From Clostridia bacterium (GTDB lineage Bacteria; Bacillota; Clostridia; Christensenellales; Aristaeellaceae), in assembly GCA_030526225.1 (NCBI GenBank), contig JAUNDF010000031.1, forward strand, positions 1 to 23,628: 23,628 nt of DNA. Reading direction: 5' to 3'. Made by a program: the position numbers and the translations under genes. Under the pieces are notes generated by a model, which worked only from the letters and a program-made list of their open reading frames with translations, was not told the origin of the DNA and searched no databases. Below, piece after piece: positions 1-7,113 of the stretch. Positions within the stretch are counted from its first letter, which is position 1; each line of letters opens with the position of its first letter.

Positions 1-36
1 ACAGTATGTCACAATGCGGAACGATTAGACAGGTGA

Positions 37-309
37 TTCAGAATTGACGCTTACAAAAAAGCAGGATTTGAGCCTCGTGTTGTGCTGACAATGCACCGCG
101 CTGACAACATGCTGGATCTTTGTCGAAAGGGCATGGGCATTGTGTTGCTGAACAAGGCCCCCATCCTGCCCATGCTGACTGAGGATCTCGTTGCTGTAGA
201 CATCGAGCCCCGGATTATTACACACATTAATCTGGCATATCCCAAAAACAAGCAATTAAACATCGGGGCCAGACGATTGATGGAAATGGTGCGGGTCGCC
301 GGAAGATAA
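37..309 (+). CDS. LysR-family transcriptional regulator, C-terminal effector-binding portion only (partial at window edge, possibly frameshifted)
   Basis: Frame-1 translation IDAYKKAGFEPRVVLTMHRADNMLDLCRKGMGIVLLNKAPILP...LVAVDI...INLAYPKNK fits the usual LysR substrate-binding-domain pattern. TAA stop at 307-309. An in-frame TGA at 34-36, plus LysR-like residues (GTIRQVI) in another frame just upstream, suggest a frameshift or sequencing error. Too little upstream sequence to decide. Confidence 0.45.
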   Translation, partial: FRIDAYKKAGFEPRVVLTMHRADNMLDLCRKGMGIVLLNKAPILPMLTEDLVAVDIEPRIITHINLAYPKNKQLNIGARRLMEMVRVAGR

Positions 310-482
310 GGGGACAAGCTCTTGTCAACAGCGCTCGGTACCTGATGTTATTTTCATTCGTTGAGCAATGCGGCATTACGTTCATAAAACAGATAATAGA
401 ATGTCGCATTTAGCTAATCCGGCATATCCAACGAACACATAGAACGTTCCGTTGGTTCTTTTCTGTTATTTCTTTTGCAAAA

Positions 483-546
483 AGACTGGTAGTGCGCTAC
501 ATTCGCATTGTAGAGGCTACGGGTTCGACTCCCGTATGCTCAACCA
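483..546 (+). tRNA. Truncated tRNA: D-loop to CCA only. The anticodon loop reads CGC (Ala-type if it were functional). The 5' acceptor strand and 5' D-stem are missing.
   Basis: Anticodon arm CTACA/TTCGCAT/TGTAG (497-513). T-arm ACGGG/TTCGACT/CCCGT (519-535). Acceptor 3' strand ATGCTCA, then A, then CCA (536-546). Upstream sequence (AAAA...) cannot pair with D-stem GTGC, and no TGAGCAT partner for the acceptor strand is present. Confidence 0.6.
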
Positions 547-606
547 AACTTGAGAAATCCGAACCTGATTCCGGTTGGAAGTGGGTTCGGATTTCTTTGT
601 TTTTTC
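536..606 (+). repeat. Left copy of an imperfect direct repeat (tRNA 3' end plus hairpin) that recurs at 10011-10080
   Basis: Both copies read GTAT(T)GCTC...AAAC...CCGAACC-T..TTCC-(4-6 nt)-GGAA..GGTTCGG(A/G)TTT(T)CTTTG in the same order and orientation. Roughly two-thirds identity by eye. The stem/inner-stem architecture is the same. Confidence 0.55.
555..606 (+). terminator. Rho-independent terminator downstream of the tRNA fragment
   Basis: AAATCCGAACC (555-565) pairs with GGTTCGGATTT (584-594). Inner TTCC/GGAA pairing, followed by CTTTGTTTTTT. Confidence 0.7.
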
Positions 607-811
607 TCAAGTGTCATGATGTGATTGATTTCTGGATGAAGGAAGTGATTACAGACTCAAAGATGGCTTCTTCTGTAAAAACAGTTTCATAGCACAACAC
701 GCCAGAAATCCTAGCGGTATTCATGTTTTTCTCTTTTTGGATAATTGATAGATGTGGCGAACCTAACGGTCATCCTGCCAGATTCGCCACTTTCAATTTC
801 AACAATTACTG

Positions 812-1144
812 TCAAACCTCAGTATATTCGTCCATCGATTCAGCAGTAATCTCCGCTGCAACTTCGTCATACATACCATTGAGGTTCTTAAGAAATTGCA
901 TATTACACGGACGTCCATGCTCAAAACAAAAGATCTCAATGCCGGCTTTTGTAAGTGCTTCGCAGCATCCGAGCAGACGCTTCAAGTCATGTCGGTCTGT
1001 ATATCCGCACTTAAGTAAATAGTCTTTGTTTTCTATACGTCTCTTGATATCGGCAATAGAAATTGCCTCATACCCTCGCACAACTGAGACGCATTTCGAC
1101 AGAGTCGCGTCTGCTGGGACCTTAATACCGATAATACTTTCCAT
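812..1144 (-). CDS. Small hypothetical protein, putative immunity protein for the upstream GHH nuclease toxin
   Basis: 110-aa ORF. The ATG at 1144-1142 is preceded by GAGGAGGAG, which overlaps the toxin stop codon. Position immediately 3' of a toxin domain is typical of toxin/immunity pairs. No family recognised from sequence. Confidence 0.5.
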   Translation of the reverse strand: MESIIGIKVPADATLSKCVSVVRGYEAISIADIKRRIENKDYLLKCGYTDRHDLKRLLGCCEALTKAGIEIFCFEHGRPCNMQFLKNLNGMYDEVAAEITAESMDEYTEV

Positions 1145-1155
1145 TTTACTCCTCC

Positions 1156-1682
1156 TCAGAAATCTACGATGATGATGATGGGAATGCCAGGCCTGCTCTT
1201 CCGGAAATTACCGCCATGCCAGCCATAGAGATGCTCATTAAAAGTAGCGGGGTAAATAACCTCTCCTTTATCTGCAAGGTGCGGATACTTGATTACACTG
1301 TATGTGTGATGTCCTTGAATGGTCTTGCCGCTATGTTTCGGTTTGCTACCACTCAGTATTGACTATAATTGTTCCTGTGTCCAGCGCCGCGTACCGGGTT
1401 GTCCCGCAAGAATGCGCTCTCTCTCTTGTTCCCAAAACTTATTTACGCCTCGAGTCCTTCGTTCAGCAAGTCGCACATTACTCATATGCTGCTTATATTC
1501 ATTTTTGGTAGCGGTTTTGTTATCTACACGTCTCTTGAGTTCTCGTGCCGACAACTTGCTGATTTTTTTACAGGATGCTCCCGCAAGTCTAACCCCTTAG
1601 TTCGCAATGCGATGACATCAAAGTTACCTACATGAAATGCACCAATTGTTCCAGTAAATAACCTGCTATTACCTTTACTCAT
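1156..1682 (-). pseudogene. GHH-signature HNH/EndoVII-fold nuclease toxin (Tox-GHH-like), interrupted by a frame change at an A7 run and by one in-frame TAG
   Basis: ATG at 1682-1680 follows RBS GGGAGGGAG. The frame changes at the A7 run (T7 on the plus strand, 1563-1569). In-frame TAG at 1363-1365. After the TAG the frame reads SGKTIQGHHTYSVIKYPHLADKGEVIYPATFNEHLYGWHGGNF, and before it ...RRWTQEQL, both typical of GHH toxins. TGA stop at 1156-1158. Confidence 0.6.
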
Positions 1683-1683
1683 A

Positions 1684-2487
1684 TCACTCCCTCCCTTCGA
1701 AGACCTGGGCGGTCTTACTACTGAAGAAAATGATATTGATTCCTCGGCTTCTCAGTTTATCGAAGCAAGCGCCTCTTGCCGAACCATAAACCAAAATGGT
1801 GTGAGGTTGGAGCTGTTTAACCATAGCGAAGAGGCCGGCTTCAAAACGTTCTCGGTTAATGAGCTTGCGAGGACCGCCTCCGACGGTCCCAATGGCAACA
1901 ATGCTGTTTTGGGGAATCCCTTCAAAGCAATAATCAAAGGTTTCTTCTGTACCCCAACGAACATTATTGATGACGGGAAGTCCATTTTTCCCGAGCCAAT
2001 ACCCATACAGGCGCATGCGATAGGTCGCATAAATCTTGATGGCCTCAGGAAAGTCTTGATACGTGGAAAAATCAGGAGTGATTGCACCGGCAAAATGACG
2101 AAGAACGCGCAGTGCTTGCTTACAGTCATGCCAGATACCACGTGGTCCATCAAACTTCTGATCGTCGATGTAGAAACACACATACGCATCGTGAGTAAAA
2201 TCATACTTCTTGAGGGCGATGTGTTTCTTATAGATCGCCTTGGCTTCTTCCCAAGTAATAAGCGCACTGGGCAAAGTCTTTGCCGTGGTTGGGCAGAAAG
2301 GGATGTCATGCTTGCCAAACATTGCACCATCTGCCATAAAGGCATTCCAGATATCCTTCAGTCCTGGTCTGACACTATCATTGACCTTTATGTTGTCATT
2401 TGGCAGAGAAACAAGGCGAATATCGGATGCCTTTATACCGCTCAGGACTGTGTCAACATCCATGTCGAACAGGGAGAGTTGATTCAT
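1684..2487 (-). CDS. DUF4417 domain protein
   Basis: 267-aa ORF. The motif block CFYIDDQKFDG...ITPDFSTYQDFPEAIKIYATYRMRLYGYWLGKNGLPVINNVRWGTEETFDYCFEGIPQNSIVAIGT matches my recollection of the DUF4417 signature (FYIDDxxF, PDFS, N/TxYR, VIPxVxWG, CFxGI). TGA stop. Confidence 0.75.
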   Translation of the reverse strand: MNQLSLFDMDVDTVLSGIKASDIRLVSLPNDNIKVNDSVRPGLKDIWNAFMADGAMFGKHDIPFCPTTAKTLPSALITWEEAKAIYKKHIALKKYDFTHDAYVCFYIDDQKFDGPRGIWHDCKQALRVLRHFAGAITPDFSTYQDFPEAIKIYATYRMRLYGYWLGKNGLPVINNVRWGTEETFDYCFEGIPQNSIVAIGTVGGGPRKLINRERFEAGLFAMVKQLQPHTILVYGSARGACFDKLRSRGINIIFFSSKTAQVFEGRE

Positions 2488-2577
2488 TATCGGTCACCAC
2501 CAAATACAGTAGTCAACACTATTTCGTGCTGCTATCTGTATTCTATCGAGAGGTGGCCGATAAGTCGTTCTGACGCA

Positions 2578-2608
2578 GTTGCGATGAAGTTGCGATGAGT
2601 AGCGATGG
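2578..2608. repeat. Three tandem 10-11 bp direct repeats GT(T/A)GCGATG(A/G)
   Basis: GTTGCGATGA at 2578-2587 and 2589-2598, GTAGCGATGG at 2599-2608. They lie in the 139-bp gap between the TIR-like gene stop and the DUF4417 start. Confidence 0.6.
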
Positions 2609-2626
2609 TTGTTATATTACATAGAA

Positions 2627-3145
2627 TTAGCTCATGATGGCATTCTTGATGGATTGATAGTCCCAATATAGTTCTCCGTCAATACCTCTATACATTGCAG
2701 CGACATGCTGCCCTTTGTATCGAAGCACTTCCGGGCACTTATTCCGATTAATGTGGGTAGCATTATAGAGAACAACAATTTTTAGCCCATCGTTGGCTGC
2801 CTTCTGACATTCATATTGGATAAAACTTCGGTAATCAATATGCATGCCGTGTGCACAGTTTGCCGTATGTGAATTATAGCAACTGCAGTACCGACAGCTA
2901 CCTTTTGTGAGCGAGTTGGTAGTTTCGCCAACTATCAGCACAAAGGTTTTTGATGCATCAAGACGTACCGCCAAGGATTTTTTAATGCTACATGGGAGGC
3001 TTGTATCCCGCGCCTGCGTTATTTCGTGTGCATCAAAAAAAGAAAGCGTCAATCTCTGGCTATTGTTCCAATAATACAAAGTATCAATCAAATCTTTGTC
3101 GCCAGTCCAGTCACCGGCAATATATGTTTTCGTCCGATAGGCCAT
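2627..3145 (-). CDS. TIR-like domain protein (DUF1863 / MTH538 TIR-like, ThsB-like) with an inserted Cys/His cluster
   Basis: 172 aa. N-terminus AYRTKTYIAGDWTGDKD...FFDAHEITQARDTSLPCSIKKSLAVRLDASKTFVLIVGETT...KCPEVL matches the DUF1863 TIR-like pattern seen in plasmid Tir and Thoeris ThsB proteins. The ATG directly abuts the upstream stop (TAAATG) and the RBS GGAGGTGGA lies inside the upstream gene. Confidence 0.7.
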   Translation of the reverse strand: MAYRTKTYIAGDWTGDKDLIDTLYYWNNSQRLTLSFFDAHEITQARDTSLPCSIKKSLAVRLDASKTFVLIVGETTNSLTKGSCRYCSCYNSHTANCAHGMHIDYRSFIQYECQKAANDGLKIVVLYNATHINRNKCPEVLRYKGQHVAAMYRGIDGELYWDYQSIKNAIMS

Positions 3146-4246
3146 TTAGTCCACCTCCATCTTTAGATCATTCATAGCTTCTTTTGAAGCTACAATCGTA
3201 ATCTGTCCTTGCAATAATTGTATATTATCCATCATTTCCTCACGGATTAGATCAAATGAGGCTTGAAAACTCAAAGCCGCGCGTGATCGGCCAGTTCCCA
3301 ACAGCGGGAGATACAATGGATAGCCATTTCCATAGCGATTATAAAATTTCAAAAGAGATAACACTGCTTTCCGAATATCGTATTCCGTACTATGGGCTAT
3401 ATTCTGTTCATCAAATGTTGAGATGGCTAGCAGATAATAGACTGCATTGCTACTATTGATAACGGCAATGCTACCGATAGCGTAATGTTTTCTTTCTGCC
3501 TGATCAACTGTGTATGTCAGCTTCTGCTTCATAAGGTTCATTTTAATTTGTGAATTTAGCTATTCAATTGTGTTGCCCGCTTTCGTCCAACGGTCAATCC
3601 ATTTTCCATGGAGTGTCGTCGGTGAAACAATAGGAGCTTCAGCACCCTCCGTTGTCCACGTGATATGTGTATCAAAAGATGTATTGACAGGAATCACTAC
3701 GATGGACGGTTGTTTCTTGCGATTGCCGAATCCGTATTTGAACAGGTCGCCTGTTATCAACTGGAGCGAATTTGTTCCACGATGCCACAGATAGTTTTCC
3801 GCTGCCGTTGTTATTCTATTGTCCAGTCTGATAGCCTCGAAGAAAGCAGCGCAGAGATAATCTGTTACATTGTTCTCAAGCCTAGACAATCGTTGCTTTG
3901 TTTCAGCAGACATCGTTGGTGTGCTATTTACAATGGCACTTATCTCTTGAATTAGGGCAGGCAGCTGCTCCTGAACAAGCGTATCATCGATGAATGCTAC
4001 AAAACCATCTTTTGTATTTTCACTGATACCGTAGGAGGACAGTGCATTTCGCATAGCAGTAGGTACATCATCCTTCTGTGACAGCAATGTACTGACACGA
4101 GATTTATTTAGGTCGAGCCTCTCTCTGTTCTTGTCCTTTATGTTGCCCGCACAGATATAAGGGGTAAATAGGTTTCGCACAAACTCTTCATCCGTTATGG
4201 ACGGGTCGATTGCTCGTTTTTTGAGTGCCGTAATGAAATATGCCAT
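3146..4246 (-). CDS. Macro-domain protein (ThsA_Macro-like) with a ~155-aa helical N-terminal domain; contains one in-frame TAG at 3560-3562
   Basis: ORFs 3560-4246 and 3146-3541 are in the same frame and separated only by a TAG. The macro-like fold spans the junction: ...LITGDLFKY...SIVVIPVNTSFDTHI...LHGKWIDRW...E[TAG]LNSQI...HYAIGSIAVI...YYLLAISTFDE...PLYLPLLGTGRSR...ITIVAS. TAA stop at 3146-3148. The RBS-like GAAGGAGGAG lies unusually far (~18 nt) from the ATG at 4246. Confidence 0.6.
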
Positions 4247-4584
4247 GCAAAACAGAGTAACACTCCTCCTTCTCAGCTTGAAAATGCATCAGCCTATGAA
4301 AGCTTCATATTCGGGTAGAAGTCGACGTGTATATCTGAGATTATGAACCATATAGAACACCGTTATCAATTATAGCACACATTCTTGCCAAAATCGATAC
4401 AAACAAAGCCTGGCCATACTCTATAGCACCAATGCAGTATGCACTATTTTTAATGCGATGTTGGTCTTTCGCTTCTAATCAACGATTTTCTCAACTGCTT
4501 TATTATATATTTTTCTTTAAGCAGGAAAAAACCGCACTTATTTTGTCCATATAAAGTAGGAGGATTAATCTTCTAACATCGTCG

Positions 4585-4616
4585 AAAGCCGTGCTGCCGC
4601 CCACGGCTTTTTTGTT
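4585..4616 (+). terminator. Plus-strand intrinsic terminator with no annotated gene upstream
   Basis: AAAGCCGTG (4585-4593) pairs with CACGGCTTT (4602-4610), followed by a T-run. On the minus strand there is no U-tract, so it is oriented plus. Confidence 0.55.
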
Positions 4617-4739
4617 GTGCGGATTTTGAATCATTCCTCCAATAATCACAGCAAGAAAGGAACAAAACCATGATGACATATCTGCTTATCAGCACCTTCT
4701 GTTACATGGCAAAAATAATCAGAAAAGGAGGAATACGGG

Positions 4740-4910
4740 ATGGCTGAAAGCATGAACATTGAAGAAATGGAAATCCCGGACGATGCCATTGAGCGCATAG
4801 CCCGGTGTTTGCTGCCTGCTTTGCAGGCTTTTTTTGAAAGCGATGAAGGAAAAGGCGAATTTGCCCGATGGCTGGCGCAGCGTGAACCGCTGAACAACCC
4901 CGCTGCCTGA
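4740..4910 (+). CDS. Small hypothetical protein (56 aa) at the head of the mobilization module
   Basis: ATG at 4740 is preceded by AAAGGAGGAAT. Translation MAESMNIEEMEIPDDAIERIARCLLPALQAFFESDEGKGEFARWLAQREPLNNPAA. TGA stop. Below the ORF-track length cutoff. Resembles small acidic proteins I recall next to Mob genes in Firmicutes elements. Confidence 0.45.
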   Translation: MAESMNIEEMEIPDDAIERIARCLLPALQAFFESDEGKGEFARWLAQREPLNNPAA

Positions 4911-5002
4911 TGGCGCGATTGCCATCACTGACAAACCAAGCATGGCCGGGTGATGGCGAAAGTGCTGTCACCCGGCGGCGCTTATTCATCAAGGAGGTTT
5001 AT

Positions 5003-5215
5003 ATGAAAGATACGGTCAAGTATGCAACGCAGCTGCTGCACCGGGTTCAGGAGCAGGATGCACGGGCGAAGGTGCGGGCAAGAAAGGCACGAACCCATCG
5101 CCTGATTGTGGAAGGCGGTACGCTGGAGAAGGTGATGCCGACGGTGATGCTGATGAATCCGGAGGAGCTGGAACGGTTCCTGCGGGACATGCTCTGCAGG
5201 GAGAAACCGGAATAA
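5003..5215 (+). CDS. DUF3847-like mobilization accessory protein (70 aa)
   Basis: ATG at 5003 follows RBS AAGGAGG. The coiled-coil basic sequence ...VQEQDARAKVRARKARTHRLIVEGGTLEKV... is typical of DUF3847 proteins found upstream of MobA/MobL relaxases. TAA stop. Confidence 0.55.
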   Translation: MKDTVKYATQLLHRVQEQDARAKVRARKARTHRLIVEGGTLEKVMPTVMLMNPEELERFLRDMLCREKPE

Positions 5216-5327
5216 TGCCGGACAGGCATATCGGCCGGGACGCTGCTGACAATCAGGCGCAGCACCATCCCGGCTTTGATGGGGGAAGCCTTCTGCGGAA
5301 GCTCCCCCAAGCCCCCTCCCCGGGGCG

Positions 5328-5421
5328 AAGGGCGCACTTACTCACCACCCGCAAGGAGCGGTGGTATCCCTGCGGGCCCGTGCGCTCTCCGAGGGGGCTG
5401 TTTCGCTCTCTGCGGAGAGCG
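5328..5421 (-). other. Putative oriT: MobQ-type nick motif with adjacent inverted repeats
   Basis: The minus strand reads GTAAGTGCGCCCTT (complement of 5328-5341). This is the RSF1010/R1162-type nick-region core TAAGTGCGCCCT. On that strand it is immediately preceded by the imperfect inverted repeat ACCACCGC-TCCTT-GCGGGTGGT. A second inverted repeat CGCTCTCCG (5383-5391) / CGGAGAGCG (5413-5421) is present. The region is GC-rich and non-coding. Confidence 0.6.
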
Positions 5422-5463
5422 ACAGGCCTCCTGCCTGATACAATGCCGAAAGGAAGGTGAAGC

Positions 5464-7113
5464 ATCTTCGCCATTTATCATTTGGAGGCCAAGGTCATCA
5501 GCCGCGGAAACGGCCGCAGTGCGGTGGCAGCTGCTGCTTACGCAAGCCGTTCCAATCTTTATAACGACTATGATGGCCTTCGCCATAATTACACAAGGAA
5601 GCATGATTTGCTTTGGCAGAACATCTATCTGCCGGAAAATGCGCCGGCGGCATGGTACAATCGATAGCAATTATGGAACGCCGTGGAGGCAGAAGAGTCT
5701 ACTAAGGACAGCCGGTTGGCACGGGAATTCATCCTTGCATTGCCGGTGGAATTGGACGAAAGCCGCTGGCAGGATATCCTGACGGAATACATCCGTGATA
5801 GTTTTGTTAGCGATGGTATGTGTGCCGATGTTTCGATCCACTGTGACAATGAGGGTCACAACCCACATGCCCATCTGATGGTCACCGTTCGTCCGCTGGA
5901 TGAGCATGGCGGCTGGCAGTATAAGACAAAGAAGGAATACCTCTGTGTCCGTGATGGTGCGGAGCAAGGCTTTACGGCAGAGGAGTATGCTGCCGCGAAG
6001 GCGCTTGGATGGGAGAAGCAATATCTCTTTCAGGTGGGGAAGAAGAAAGAGTATATGACCATGGAAGCAGGGCTGGCCGGCGGATATAAGCGCACGGATA
6101 AGCATCCTAAAAGCACCAAATACGGACGGCAGAACCCCATCTCTGCCAGATGGAACAGCGAAGAACAGCTGCTTGTCTGGCGTGAACAATGGGCGATTGT
6201 GGTCAACAAATATCTGGAACAGGAAGGCTTCGCGGAACGCATCGATCACCGCAGCTTTGCATAGCGCGGCATCATGGCAGAACCAACCATCCACGAAGGC
6301 GTCGTGGCCAGAGCCCTTGAAGCGAAGGGCATCATCGCCGACCGATGCGAAATCAATCGTATCATCAAGGCGGAAAACAGACTGTTGGCAGAAAACAAAA
6401 AATCCGATGTGCCTAAACAGCAACCATCGGACAATCATCAACATGTTAATGTTATTGAGAAGTGGGAGAGCATCAGAGATGAATTGATTTTCACGCAGTA
6501 CCGGCTGGCTCTCCATCAACAACGGCGGGAATCAATCGAAGCGTTTCTTTCTCAGAAGGAACCTGACATGGCCCGGTATCGTGCAAAGAGGAACGAACTG
6601 ACAGTCCTCAAAAGCAAACGAAAAGCACTGCGGAATGAGCTGGTAAATCTCGGGATGCTCCATCCCATTCAGGCCGGAAAGCTGAACAAGAAGATTGCAG
6701 AAATCACCGAAGAAATGGAAGATGTCATCAGCGAAAGAAACATGCTGTTGACCAAGCTGGACTGCGCTGATGTGAAAGAAGCAAAAGCGTTGGAAAAGCA
6801 AATTGTTTCCGCCCATGATACTCGCAATGCCATTCTTACAAAGACCCCGCAGCTCCGTAACCGAATAGAGCAATTGTGTGCATAGTACCGGCAGGGAAGT
6901 GAACAAACGGGTAAATATGACAGTGATGCTGTTGACAGAATCCACAAAGAGCATTTGCACCGGGTTCGGGCAAAGCTGGAAAGCACCTTCGGTGAAGACT
7001 TTGATGCGCAGCTGTTTGAACGGTGTGTGACAGAGGTTGATGACATGATTCAGCATGAGCATCGGTCTGTCAAACGACATGCACAGCGTGAGTAGCGGAA
7101 TGAAATGCGTTAA
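5464..7113 (+). CDS. MobA/MobL-family (MobQ-type) relaxase; single frame with four in-frame TAG codons and no canonical start codon
   Basis: Frame 1 is continuous from 5461 to the TAA at 7111-7113. Conserved relaxase motifs span the TAGs: (F)AIYHLEAKVISRGNGRSAVAAAAYASR...WYNR[TAG]QLWNAVEAEE...LAREFILALPVEL...HNPHAHLMVTVRP...IDHRSFA[TAG]RGIMAEPTIHEG...LCA[TAG]YRQG... (69 open codons) ...QRE[TAG]RNEMR. TAGs at 5665, 6262, 6883 and 7093. The start is uncertain: ATC 5464, ATT 5473 or TTG 5482. Confidence 0.7.

Noticed and set aside
1-36. In-frame TGA at 34-36 in the LysR fragment, as a counter-example to the TAG-only pattern
   Set aside because: LysR-like residues continue in a different frame upstream, so this looks like a frameshift or edge effect rather than a nonsense codon. 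There is too little sequence at the window edge to use it either way.
483-546. Possible functional or suppressor tRNA that could explain the in-frame TAGs
   Set aside because: The anticodon loop TTCGCAT gives CGC, not CUA. The 5' acceptor strand and 5' D-stem are absent, so it is a fragment and not a working tRNA.
492-692. 66-aa ORF on the plus strand
   Set aside because: It overlaps the tRNA fragment and its terminator hairpin, has no RBS, and is an artefact of open frame.
4670-4747. 25-aa ORF (MMTYLLISTFCYMAKIIRKGGIRDG), and a 36-aa minus-strand ORF in 607-811
   Set aside because: They are very short, have weak or absent RBSs and no recognisable features. Not reported as genes.
5665-5673. 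TAG CAA TTA after the first relaxase TAG matches the leaky-stop context known from tobacco mosaic virus
   Set aside because: None of the other seven TAGs shares this context, and the signal is characterised in eukaryotic translation. Probably coincidence.
5215-5782. ORFs 5215-5460, 5253-5474 and 5276-5782 in the GC-rich block
   Set aside because: Pro/Gly/Arg-rich low-complexity translations with no RBS. The region is better explained as oriT plus the 5' end of the relaxase.
5671-7080. Minus-strand ORFs 5671-6522 and 6532-7080
   Set aside because: They are antisense to the conserved relaxase frame, and no recognisable motifs are present.
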